Assembly (NCBI GenBank): GCA_964247055.1
Contig: OZ176053.1
Coordinates: 11,904,001 to 11,968,000, forward strand
Length of the DNA stretch: 64,000 bases
Reading direction: 5' to 3'
Source: Paragordius varius
Lineage: Eukaryota; Animalia; Nematomorpha
Shown in pieces: positions 12,301 through 24,619 of the stretch (position 1 is the stretch's first letter; every line of letters begins with the position of its first letter). Made by a program: the position numbers and the translations under genes. The notes beneath the pieces were generated by a model. That model was given only the letters and a program-made list of their open reading frames with translations, did no database searches and had not been told where the DNA came from.

Positions 12301-15300
12301 TTATTGATATATGATATTAATTAACACTTTGACATAATTTAACTTTTGATATAATCCAAGTAATAATTGAACGATTATTTACAGTTAGAAATTCACCTAT
12401 ATATTACGCGCGCGCCTACAAATGCAGACAAAAGTTGAGACAAATGAAACAATTAAAAAGATATTATATATTTCTAATTAAACTATAATAATGATATATT
12501 AGTGTCAAATGATAGACAATTTACGACTTTTTTACATCTTTGTTATGTTATAATAAGATTCAAATATTAACTTATTGATAATTATACTGTAAATTAAACA
12601 CTTTATCTGGGAATTATAAAATGCTGCATTTGAAATAAGTTTAAATGATTGTGAAATTTTAATTTGATCGTAACTTTCAGTTATTTTAATATATTAAAAA
12701 TAAAGTAGATAATCAAAAAAGTCTCTCTATGACTTCGAGGGCTGCATTTTCCACCTAAAAATTTGGGGGGCAGTTGCACAAAAAAATTAAATATAGATTC
12801 TTTGATTGATTAAAAATTGGATAAACTTTTTGAAAACGTAAACGAATAAATAAACTTTAATATATATAAATAATCAGTAAAAAAATTGAAATTATGCGTT
12901 GGCTAAATAAAATTAGCCGCAACAGTTTATTTTTTTTCTCACGAATGCAGTCGCATAAAAGACTAAAAAGATATGAAAAAATCACCTTTGGTTAGTATGA
13001 TATCATTTTTTATTCAGAAATATTTTTTTATTAGCACCTAATGAACACCTTTTCCCATTAAATTGGGTCAGTTTAAAATAAAATTATAATTCAATTAATT
13101 TCTAATACATAAAATTTCCCTTAATCGCTTATGGTCTGAATGCCTTATTTCAGTTATTTTTGAAAATTAAATGCAAATGATTTTGAAAAATAAAATTTTC
13201 CATTAATATATTTATATCTGAATTGCAATCAATCGGATTTTAAAATACAACGAATGAAAAATAAAAAAATCCGTTTTAGATTATATCTTTTGATGAAGCA
13301 ATAGTAAAATATTCTTTAATATAAATTTTTAGTTGAAAATGTTTTAGGTAAAACTTCATAAAAAAATGAAAATGTATTTAATAACGTCTAATAATATTTT
13401 TATTGATTTATAAAATGAAATTTTTCCATAGGCCGCGAAAATATCCTTAATGCTCGCATGCTTACTGCAAGAGTCGTGTTGGACACTCGTCTCCAAATTA
13501 AAGTTTAAAAAAGTAATACTTTCAAATTTTTAAATTAAAGCACAAACTTATTAATGCAAAATAACTAATTGGTGTTTATATATATATATATATATATATT
13601 TAAATATTATTTACAGATATTTTTATAGTGATATATATAGCCTTGAAATGTAATAATAATAAATAAATAAATAATAAAGTTACAATAATATTTTATACTG
13701 AAAAAAACACAATTTAAAATTGGTATTTAAAGGTTCAAATTCCAATTTCAGTAAAACAGTAAAAAGCGAAAAAAATTTCAAAATATTAAAGTATACATAA
13801 ATTATTTAATATCTATTAGATGTACTTACACATAAGAGAAACATCATTGGTTTTAAAGTTTTTTAGTTGGGAAATAGAGTAAAGATTTATATTTTTCACA
13901 TACTAGTGCAATAATTAAACAATTTTACATAACCAATAATATTTCTCTTTACTGGATGGATTATCATCAAAAATTTTAAATTTGCAAATTTTAAAACTGC
14001 AAGTTAAAATTGAAATTAAATGTGGTTTTTATATTATCTTGAATTGTATACTTGGTTAATATTTAAAATCATCAAAAATAATTATTTTTTATTATTCAAT
14101 TTATCATTATTCTAGTAGAGTTTTCAGTATAAATCAATAAAATGGGGAGAAAATATAAAGGTTTTCTTAGAAAAACAATAATTCCTTTTTTATAACCCTA
14201 CCTAAAAATAATCACAATTGGGGGGATTATCATCAAAAAATAATTAGGAAAAAAAATCATCTTCAAAAATTGCTTTTTTCCCAAACGAATGAGAACATTG
14301 TACCTACCAGCTTATTTCAAAAAATTAATAATTAATTAAATTTTTATTTAATATTCTTTCAAGTATAAAAGCATTGAGGGTGGAAATATAAAAAAAACCC
14401 TAACAAAAGCAAAAAATTATAAATGTAACTTAAATAAATATATGCAACAAGACAAATCAAACGGTTTATTAAAAATTGTATGATTATTATAATTTGATTT
14501 TTTGTTAAGTACAGTTTGTGTACCCTTCTAAGATTTTTTATTATATATATATATTAATATATATATTTGGATTTTTATCTAAAAACTATTTAATTTACTA
14601 TATCATTCATAATAGATGATTAAATATATGATATAGATTTTTGGCAAAGGGATTTTTCATTTATTTAATATTGTTAAAATAGGGTACAAATGCTAAAAAT
14701 AATCTTAAGGATGGATTAGTTAAACCAATGTTTAAAATTATATGAAAATACAATTGGATATTAAAAAAGACAAATTAATCAAAATTTTTGGAGAAAATAA
14801 TTATGACCCTTATGTTGAGTAAAATCAATACTGAAAAATAAATATCCCATAAATGTCACAAAATTTTATAATTTTGACATGATTAATTAATTTTTAATTA
14901 TATTTGCAGCATTGGAAAGTTTTTAGTTTGCAATTAAATGATTAAAAATTTATTCAATGGCATTTGAAAAAAAGTTAATACTAAATTTATATATTTAATT
15001 AAATATGTTTAACACTTCATTGCCTTTTCACTTTTTTGCTTTAGTTTACATTTTAGGGTAATTTTACATCCCTGAGCTCAATTTTGTAAATAAATTACAG
15101 TTTTAAAAATTATTTTAGTTAAAATTTAATTATCAAACTCTGTTTTCATGTATATGATAAAAAAAGCTTATATTTTTAACAGTTTTGTGACTTCTAAAGT
15201 CTAAAATTAAAACAGCTCCAAAACACGATTGAAACGAACAGCTGATATTAAAATCACTGTATATCAATTTTTTTCTGGTAAAATACAGACTGAAAGTTTT

Positions 15301-16268
15301 TGAGATTTAAATAGTATTATTTTTCAATAATAATATAAATTTAATAGCCTGTTGCATTAGCGACTATATAAAATTTGAGATAAATTTTAAAAAAATTTTT
15401 TTGTTTAATGCACCTAAAACTAAAAAAGCATATTTAGGGATTCAACTTAACTACTTTTTAGATATTAAAATTTCAAATGGTTCTAAATCTATTCCAAAAG
15501 GTAATGGAGTATTAAACGATATACTAACAAATAAAAATCAACATAATTACACAGAGGTGCAATTTAAAACATAAAGATTTGACTTATAATTAACTGTTTG
15601 CACTGTTCTGAATCCTTTGATATTCTACAAAGAATCTATTCCGACTTTTGTTTTCTTAACATTGAATATGTATTTAATAAATGATAAAACATTATGATTT
15701 TTCGCGTAAATATCTGTGTCAAGGAAAAGATTAAATACAGAAAAAACGTTTAAATCCATAAAATTTAAATTGACTTAAATTTCAATAAAAAAATATTTAT
15801 TAAAATTTCAAATTAATGTTTAAATAACAAATAATTTTTTATATTATATTATTGTTAAAAATTAATAATTAAATTATATGTGATAAAAATTAATAATTAA
15901 ATTATATATAATATTAATAAGGTGTGCCGATATAAACAAATATATAGGTAGATGGGCCAAGGTTAATTTAGAAAACCAAATGTGTATATTTAAAATGGAA
16001 ACATATACCCCAAAAAATATTTTTAGATATGTAAACATACTCGATGTATATTTGAATCGGTTATAAGTCTACGCTTTCCCATAAGAAATGCGGCCTTATC
16101 GCGTAAGCTTGGTGGTAATTTTTCGATAGCATCTTCAAATAGATCCAAATGGTTTAATATCACATTTAATGATCTATTAATAAAATTGAATTTTGTAATG
16201 AAAGAATATATTTATAAAAATATTTTTTACTCGGATAAAAGGGAAAATCTATCAAGAGAAATCATCAT
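9378..16268 (-). CDS. AMN1: AMN1-like leucine-rich-repeat protein (277 aa, 7 exons)
   Basis: Exons 16231-16268, 16041-16173, 11771-11972, 10960-11177, 10294-10350, 9835-9946, 9378-9451; all GT-AG, 834 nt in frame. Segments LPPSLRDK...ITDSNI, ILHP..LEIDLSQCYITD, GGCKLISD, DFSYT, GCVNLTDEAVEAL, CPLMT and VTFTIY* follow the recalled metazoan AMN1 sequence colinearly. Confidence 0.88.
11313..11592. mobile_element. hAT-type MITE in AMN1 intron 3
   Basis: TIR core GGGCGTCCAACA/TGTTGGACGCCC; 8-bp TSD GCTTAAAG/GTTTAAAG; same family as 35856-36161. Confidence 0.75.
15009..15480. repeat. Dispersed repeat with TTAA-CACTT end (piggyBac-like non-autonomous family); right boundary approximate
   Basis: TTAACACTTCATT... 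start and several hundred bp shared with 62655 onward; related sequence also lies inside the duplicated GPCR flanks. Confidence 0.5.
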
Positions 16269-17469
16269 GTTTGCGCTGGGTAGCGATTTTTGGCATTTAA
16301 ACAAAAATTATCATATGGTAAAAACATAATAAATGTTTGTAACATATCCATATGTATAATTACACATATTAACTATAAATATTATGTAAATAGCAATTTA
16401 GATAGAAACAGATTTATCAAATAAATCTAATCTTTACACACAGAGCAATGTTACTTTAATATTAAATAAAAAATAATATTAAAGAAAAATAATTATTTTC
16501 TAATCTATATATGTATAAAAATAGAAAATGCTTGCTTTGTGATCTGGTACAGGAAAAACGGTAGACCCTATCAAATCCAAATATCAAAAAAATATAATCA
16601 TTAATGAATGCCCCGACAATAGCTTCGCCCTTTTTTTGAAATAGGCCCCCAGTTCGGGCCCACCCCGTATGAAAAACGGGTTTTTTTGAAAACCCAAGTC
16701 CACAAAAATCGTGTCTTTGAGACAATTTTCTGTAGAACGTGTTGGACCATTCAATTTCAAATATGATTTTTGTTTACTTATTTTCGATTGCGCTGAACAC
16801 AGTCTGGTCACATTTTTGATTTAGGCCCTCTTTTTACCCGCTACCCCCGTAAAATGCCATTCCTTTCCCCCCAGAAGTCCGAAGGACTTCCTCGGGCTGG
16901 GTAGCAGTACGAGATTCACGCTAGTAATTTATAAAAAATTACCATCCTCCGCTTAATAAAACAGGCAAATTATATTATGATCCAAAAAAATTAATTTACA
17001 AACATTAAGATTTGGTGGCATTTTCAAATTAAGTGTTTTAATCGGATTTACCTTTCGGACCACGTAAAATCCAAAAGCGTTTATAACATAGAAGAAAAGT
17101 TTATAAATTAATTATACCAACTAACACAATATCTAAACTCTTTTTAAATGTTCCGTCTAAAATGAAATCATGATTCAACTCAGAAAATATATATTAAGGA
17201 CATTCACAAATCTCATTCAAGTTTAGTCTTTGTAATTAAAAATACAGTCTTTTAGTGCAGGATTCAAATATTTTAGAAAAATAATATTAAAGTTATGCTC
17301 ATAACTATAATGAAAACATTTGGATATGTTGTCGAATAGTAAGAGTTGAATTTCAAAAACTTCACACTGATTGGCACTCTTTTTAATATAAATCGCCATG
17401 TTTATTTTAAATATATACTAAAACTACCCCAAGTTATTACTCTAAATTTTTTAGGTGATACAAGATCAC

Positions 17470-17930
17470 GAGAGTTTAAAATACCCCATTGGAATTCATT
17501 TCTGTCCTTCGATTCACATTGGAGAAGTTGGATACACCAGGTCTGTTAAAAATTAATTCAAAGATACTTCAATTAATTATTCAGAGCTAAAACTCCATAA
17601 TAATATATATATATATAAGATGTTTCCATGAGCTAAATATATTATTTTTCTCTTTTTATTAATGTTAAATATCATTTTAATAAAAAAGCTAGCTTAATTT
17701 TAATAGAATCAAATAAAACGATTTTGCAAAATTTAAAAATAAAGCCCAAATATTTGATATGAAAAATTTTCTCAAAACTAAATTTTATTTAAATATTTTT
17801 GCTTATATATACAATATTTTATAGTATCGACGCATAAATTTGAATAAGAACCGGTTATTTCAATAATTTTTTAAAAATATCAATTTAAAAATAGTCTGGG
17901 GTTAGATATTCAGATTCGAATCAAAATGTT
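17470..17930. mobile_element. Diverged copy of the MITE at 47418-47997
   Basis: Shares GTCCTTCGATTCA.ATTGG...GTTGGATAC.CCAGG, the internal AT-rich body and AGTCTGGGGT with the 47.4-48.0 kb element. Confidence 0.6.
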
Positions 17931-18128
17931 AAACCATCATAATAAGCCTAAATCTACAAACACTGCCCTCGTTTTCACAAAACCTAAAATTTATAAAAGC
18001 TCAGAATATATTTATTTTAAGTGAGAGATTTTAAAAGCAACTATATGCTAAGGATTATATGCATTAAAAAGCCAATATTTCACATGTTTTAACCCTTGAT
18101 TATCTGTTGCACATAGTAATTAAAAATT

Positions 18129-19706
18129 ATGTCAGGTTCAGCATTGAGAAGGTTGATGGCTGAGTACAAGCGTATTTTATAAGTAATATTAGAGCTTACA
18201 ATTAACCCACCCGAAGGTATAATTGCCGGGCCTGTTAGTGAAGATGATTTTTTTGAATGGGAAGCACTTATTATGTAAGTTTTATTTTTATCTGGACATG
18301 TAAAAATGCCTTTTCTAATATCCATTAGATTATAAAATATTTAATAATTGTCTTATGCATAAGCTTAGTTATGCGATCATTCATGAATTTTCATGCAAGA
18401 TTTTGATTGCACAATGTTATGGTATTTTTTGTGCTAACCTAATTTATTATGATTGGAAGTATTAGCGTTACGTTAGTTAATATAATGATTGTGCCTAATT
18501 TAAATGTCAACTTTTTTCATATTTCACAAATCAATTAAATTTTTTAAATAACGTTTTTGAAATACGTTTTCTAATTGGAAATATGGATTATATTTTTTAT
18601 GTAAAATACATTAGCGGCCCCGAAGGCACACCATTTGAAGGAGGTGTATTTCCCACAAAATTATATTTCCCCACAGATTATCCGCTTAGCCCGCCAAAGA
18701 TGGTTTTTACATGTGAAATGTTTCATCCTAATAGTAAATCCATTTATATATATAATTAATCCATAAATGTCATTTATAATATAGACTTGCAATATATAGT
18801 ATACTTTTGATATTATACCATTTTTCAAATTTTTGTAACAAATAGATTTTAATCATTAAATGAGTAAACAAAATATTTAGTGTTTATTTTAAATGATTTT
18901 TATATTTAGTTTACAAAGATGGGAAAGTTTGTATTTCAATACTTCATTCCCCGGGAGATGATCCCATGGGCTACGAATCTAGCGCAGAACGTTGGAGTCC
19001 AGTTCAAAGCATTGAAAAAATTTTACTTTCAGTCATAAGCATGCTTGCAGGTTTTTTAACATTTTGTACGGAGGAAATATTTTATTTAAATTAAATCAAA
19101 GTCAAACATCTCTTAGACAGGGGATACACAAAAAGGCAATACTGAACTGAGTTGATCAGCTTCATTAATTGTCACGTAGATATATAAATTTGCTAATATA
19201 TATTGAAGGTATGATCAATTTAGAGTTTTTAGATTACCAAAAATGATTATTTAATGGTGCGAATACGATCCTTTATAGATAAAAAATTTAATATTAGCTG
19301 GGAATAACAGGTATTTTTATTAAACTTGTACAAACTATTATAGTTCAAAGAAGGAATTAATAATTGATAAAATAATGTTGAAAGTTACATCGATTCTTTT
19401 AAAATCAGGATATAAACAAGGGTGTCAACCCAAAATAGTATCCGCAAAACGAGCTTTGAATGATATATTTTTTATTAACGAAGATTATATCAAAATTTTT
19501 CCTAATAATATAATTTAGTGAAGAAATACGGCAAACAATATGTTTAACATTTTATATTTATGTGAAATAAATACATTTTTTGTACGGTAGAACCTAATGA
19601 TGAAAGTGCCGCGAACGTAGATGCTGCCAAAATGTGGAGAGAAGACAGGAACGCCTTCATTGAACGAGCACAAAAAATTGTCAAATCTACTTTGGGATTG
19701 TCATGA
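18129..19706 (+). CDS. UBE2G2: Ubiquitin-conjugating enzyme E2 G2 (UBC7), 166 aa, 5 exons
   Basis: Exons 18129-18171, 18193-18274, 18615-18733, 18910-19050, 19591-19706 give [28 protein letters not shown]...[57 protein letters not shown]...; introns 21, 340, 176, 540 nt. Confidence 0.96.
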
Positions 19707-20970
19707 CACAACTCGTTACATATATCCTACAATTTATTTATAACATATACACATACTAATAATGCTAGCTTATGTTCCTACAAGCCAATAAATAATTTAT
19801 GTTAGATAAAAGCTAAGTTTGATTTATAATTAACATATAGTCTTACATATATGTGGCAATTATTTATTTATCATTACTCTGTACTTTAGAAGTAAAAATC
19901 AACAATTTTATTAATGTATTTATTCTATAGCTTACAACACAAATGTATAAAAACCGATTAATTGAAATTTACTGATGTATAACTTTATAATAATACATTT
20001 TATTTGTAAATGAGTAAGACCTGGTACTCACCAAAAAATTTAAAGATCCGCAAAAAATATTTATCTTGTCTTAATTGACACATTTGCAGATACTGAAAAA
20101 GTACCAAAAAACTTAATAAGCAATTAAGGACCATAAAACACTTTTAGGGCGGCGGTTTGACCACCACTGGGTTACTCGATGAGTGTACCCAAATGGAAAA
20201 CTTAATTTTTAACTGAAAAGTATACATTAATTGCAGAGATTAACCAAGTGCTTTAATGAAAAAAAATATAGACAGCTACAAACTGTTTTAAATTATTAAA
20301 AATATCGAAGGATTTAAACATAAAGATGGGATTTTTAGATAAATTTTAAGATTGAAATTATCGGTGACATACATAAAATATGCTAAAACCTCTATAAAAT
20401 ATAGGTCGATATTATGGCTCAAATGAACCTAAAATAAGGGCATAATTTTTGTATTTATTTTTTAATAATCATATATATGTGCAACTGTATACTTAAAGGC
20501 AGGGCGGTTAATAACCAGAAAAAATATTTAAAATATACCAGGATAAAACATATTTTTTAGATCATTTTAAGAGACTCAAAAAGCATTGCTCATACGGAAA
20601 AATTTACCATTATCAATTTGATATTGATGGAATAATATAAAGAACTTGATTTAAAACCGTTTTATCAGAAAATTGTGTTTCAACTCTTTCTTAAAAAGCA
20701 AAAATACATGCCTTAAAATCCTCTCTCATTTTTATGAAACAAAAAGGTCAAAATATGCGGTGTTGTGATTTTAAAAATATTTAAAATTAAAGCAATTAAA
20801 TTAAAATATTTATTCAGTCAAATATATTTATGAATATAAATTTTCCATCAACCTAAAATATAAATATAATATAGAGATTTATAAATATATATAAAATCAG
20901 CTATAAAATTTAATCATGTATCAGTGAATGGAACAACTTTTTCATCATTTGTATAAAGATATTAAGTATC

Positions 20971-21357
20971 TCAACCTTTTCTCCCCTGTGTTGGTCTCCC
21001 GGCTCCAAACCTTCGAACAGGTATTCTCAATTTCCTTGCTTCCCTAGATCTGTTTCTTACAACTTTAGAATGGATAGCGCATGAAACACAATAATTTAAT
21101 TTTGCATACAATTTAGGCAATACATAAGCTAAATAATAAATATATTAAATACTGTTGTAAACACTGGCTGATTGTATATCTCTGACAGCTGCAGCCTCAA
21201 CGATATTTCGAATAATAAATTTTTTTATGGCTTTATCTTTTGGAACACAACGAGCGCAATTCGTGCATCTAGCCGATGAAACATGTCCTCGACCCTTTTT
21301 ACTTCTTCCATGATTTCTTCTTTTAACCGTCTAAGAATTAGGTAAAACTTAAACCAT
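20971..21357 (-). CDS. RPS26: 40S ribosomal protein S26 (eS26), 112 aa, 3 exons
   Basis: Exons 21355-21357 (ATG), 21153-21330, 20971-21128 give [39 protein letters not shown]...[32 protein letters not shown]; two 24-nt GT-AG introns. Confidence 0.97.
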
Positions 21358-22005
21358 GAGGTGAGGAAATCAAAATAACCGTGCAATATATTGTAATATG
21401 CTGAAAAATTTTTGCATAAGGACTTATATTAAATTATCAAAAGCATTTTATTTATTTTCACTTTATAACCTTTTCGTTTTTGAGGAATACATTAGAAGCT
21501 TTGTAAGATAAAACTGGCAAATAAAATCCTAATATAAGTTTAAATTTAAAATTCACAAACATTGTTCATCAGAACACTTAATGATTTGGTAGTTTTATAT
21601 CCCAAAGCGACTTAATTAATATCTCAAAAGGAAACGTCTTATACTGAATTTAATAAGATAGCGTTTTAGGCGCAAATTAGACATAAAAATTTCCTTAAAT
21701 TTAAAATTGTAAAAAATTTTCATACATAATTTTTTTATCCACTTTTTAATCGCTAAAATATAAATAAATGTATATTATAAAAAATGTAAATAATTAATTT
21801 TAAAACTTTCTGGTAGCCAAAACCTGATATATATTGCTGAAAATAAATTGTTTAATTCAATCCTTTTTTAAGATGTCCCAATTTTAGAATCCAGAAGTCA
21901 CAAAAGTATAATAAATTTTTTTTCTAATGAAGCCGAAAAATGCTTAATAATTAAAATTTTAAACATAAGTTTAAAGGTTTATATCAAGATTGAGTTCAAC
22001 ACCCC

Positions 22006-22193
22006 AATCGCGGTCAAAAAAGTCACAAGGTTATAAAATATTAAAAAGCTTATATTTTTATAAAATATCTGCTATATTCCAATATCAAGTAGTACTTACA
22101 ATCGCGGTCAAAAAAGTCACAAGGTTATAAAATGTTAAAAAGCTTATATTTTTATAAAATATCTGCTATATTCCAATATCAAGTAGTACTTAC
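22006..22193. repeat. Tandem duplication, 2 x 94 bp
   Basis: AATCGCGGTCAAAAAAGTCAC...GTAGTACTTAC twice, one mismatch seen. Confidence 0.9.
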
Positions 22194-22519
22194 TTGAAGA
22201 AAACACCTAATTTCAACATGACAATATTTTGATGCACAACATGATCATTTATTTACCAATTTTATTTGCAATAAAAATGGCGAAACGAGTCATGATGATT
22301 TTAAAAATTACATACTCTGTTACATCAAACTATAGAAATAAAATTTCTTTTACCCCAAATTAAAAATATTAAATATCGCCAGAAATAAATGCAGCAAATA
22401 AAATAATTTATAAAGATATGTAAACATAATCTGCCCCAAAATAGTTATATATAAAATAGTAATAAATGTGAAATATTTATTTACTTGGGACAAAAATTGT
22501 GCAAATTATTAATCTATTT

Positions 22520-23405
22520 TATAGATGGTAGACCACAAAAAATCCCGCTTATATAAATATTGTTATAAGATATATATCAAGATATCATGGTCATTTAGGT
22601 TTTGGCCCTTACGAGGGAATTAAGAAAATTATTTACATTTTTCTGTTAACTGCTTCATATCAGAAAATAGCATAATTCGCCCAGATTTTTAATAAATAAT
22701 TTTTGGTGAACGGTTAATGCTATATACTAAAAAATATCATACACTTATAAAAAGCAAAACAATTTTTATAATTTTTTTGGATGAGGGCCCCAAAAGTTCG
22801 TTATTTTTTCATTTGATATTGTCTTTAAAGGTTAGTTTACTTTCAAATTTTGGTTTTTTATAAAAAAACAAGATTTATATTTGACATAAATTTGAAGACA
22901 AGGTGTTTTTGTTTTTTATCGTATCCATCATGCTGCAAAATAAAATTAAGTAGGCTTGAAATTTCGCTAAAAATAAAATTTTTGTAAAAAGTATATGTTT
23001 TTAAAAATATTTTTAGTTGATATTTAGCATTTCAAATTTTATTATCGCGCAATCCCGGCGTTTTTGCGTTTATTTTAATATCACAGTCCATTTTTCGTGA
23101 GCAAAAAAAATTGGAGCTTTCGGAGCTCCCGTCTAAAAATTCTAGTATTTTAAAATATTGTTTTGCCTTTTATAGGTAGTTTATGATATATATTAGTGAT
23201 ATTTTTTGGAATGAAGAATTTAGCTGTCACCAAATAAGTTTTATATAAAAAAATTTGCTCAATTTTGCCATTTTCTTAAATGACCACCTACCAAAAAAGT
23301 GTAAATAACTTGCTTATATCACTCGTAGAGGCCAAAAGCACAATGATAATCCTGATACATTTTAGAATATATATGTTAACAAGTTATTTTTTGTGGCACA
23401 GTGTT
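22520..23405. mobile_element. Tc1/mariner-like non-autonomous element with long subterminal inverted repeats
   Basis: Left and right ~300-bp arms are reverse complements; homologous to 33276-34362, with partial copies near 23640-23860 and 38900-39780. Confidence 0.6.
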
Positions 23406-23878
23406 ATATAAAGAAAGCATATTATCTTAAACCTTTTATTACCGTTTCCATCGTGTCTCAAAATAGTATGAGGTAAGGTTTAACAAAATTTTGCCCCAAT
23501 TTTTAAGCAAGATATCATTTTTGTGGAAAAAAATTCTTTATATCACATTTTAGGATATGTTTAGAATTTAAGTCCCGCAATCTCGTTTTCCGCTTATTTT
23601 AAGATAACTTGTGCATTTAAGAGCGAAAAATATGAGACTAGCCCACATCTAAAGATAAATTTTTTTAAAAATATTGTTTTGCTTTTTATATGTAGTTTAT
23701 AAAAATTTAGTGATATTATTTATAAAGCCGCCAGCTTTCACCAAAAATTATTTAAGAAAATGCGCAAATTTTGCCATTTTCCGAAATGGAGCACTTACCA
23801 TAAAATGATAATATCTTTCTTTTATCACTCGTATGATCAAACTAGTTTTCTAAAAATAGACGCTAAAATACAAGCATA

Positions 23879-24585
23879 CCATTTACACTTCAAGAGTGTC
23901 CTTGAACAATTCAAGTTGGTCCTTGAACAATTCAAGTTGGTCCTTGAACAATTCAAGTTGGTCCTTGAACAATTCAAGTTGGTCCTTGAACAATTCAAGT
24001 TGGTTTTCGAACAATTCAAGTTGGTCTTTGAACAGTTCAAGTTGGTCCTTAAACATTTCAAGTTGGTCCTTAAAATTCATAAATTTTGATTTAACCATAA
24101 TTTTTGCATTTATTCTTTTATTTTATTATTTATTAACCTAATTTTCATTATTTATTATATATTTATTCATTTAAAAATAAAAATTTTTATTGAAAAATCA
24201 CTTTTTTGTTTCAAACTATTTTTTTTTCAATTGAACAAAATTATTGACTTTTAAATGTTTTTAATGAAAAAATTTAATTAATAACCCAGAAAACTTATAT
24301 ATTTTTTCATTTCGTGTTAAAACCTATAAATATCCAAAATTATTTTAAGAAATGAATAAAGATATAGTGTTTCTCAAAGATTAAAAGTTGATATCGATTT
24401 AAATTTTATGTTAAATAATAGAACATAGGTTAAAAACAATAAAATAGATGAATTATTTACAATTTGATTGATAAAATTTAAAAACAAAACAAAAAAGTCA
24501 AAGGACCAACTTGAATTGTTCAAGGACCAACTGTTGTTCAAGGACCAACTTGAATTGTTCAAGGACACTCTTGAAGTGTAAATGG
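23879..24585. mobile_element. Foldback-like MITE with subterminal 21-bp tandem repeats
   Basis: TIR CCATTTACACTTCAAGAGTGTCC flanked by TA on both sides; ~8 copies of GTCCTTGAACAATTCAAGTTG (23898-24065) and ~3 inverted copies (~24500-24567). Confidence 0.8.
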
Positions 24586-24619
24586 TATATTGCGCAATAA
24601 TAATTTCTGATTTATGCTA

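Noticed and set aside
13825-14000. Possible extra minus-strand exon(s) in AMN1 intron 2 ending at a strong GTAAGT donor
   Set aside because: No consistent open frame or homology, and AMN1 exons 2 and 3 already join in frame.
18089-18325. 78-aa minus-strand ORF; likewise 28286-28501, 34854-35069 and 56662-56898
   Set aside because: Antisense shadows of UBE2G2 exons 1-2 and of the GPCR ORFs; their conservation simply mirrors the sense genes.
23760-24568. ORFs with LEQFKLV / NNSSWSL / KDQLELF repeats
   Set aside because: By-products of a 21-bp (3n) tandem repeat inside a MITE, open in several frames on both strands.
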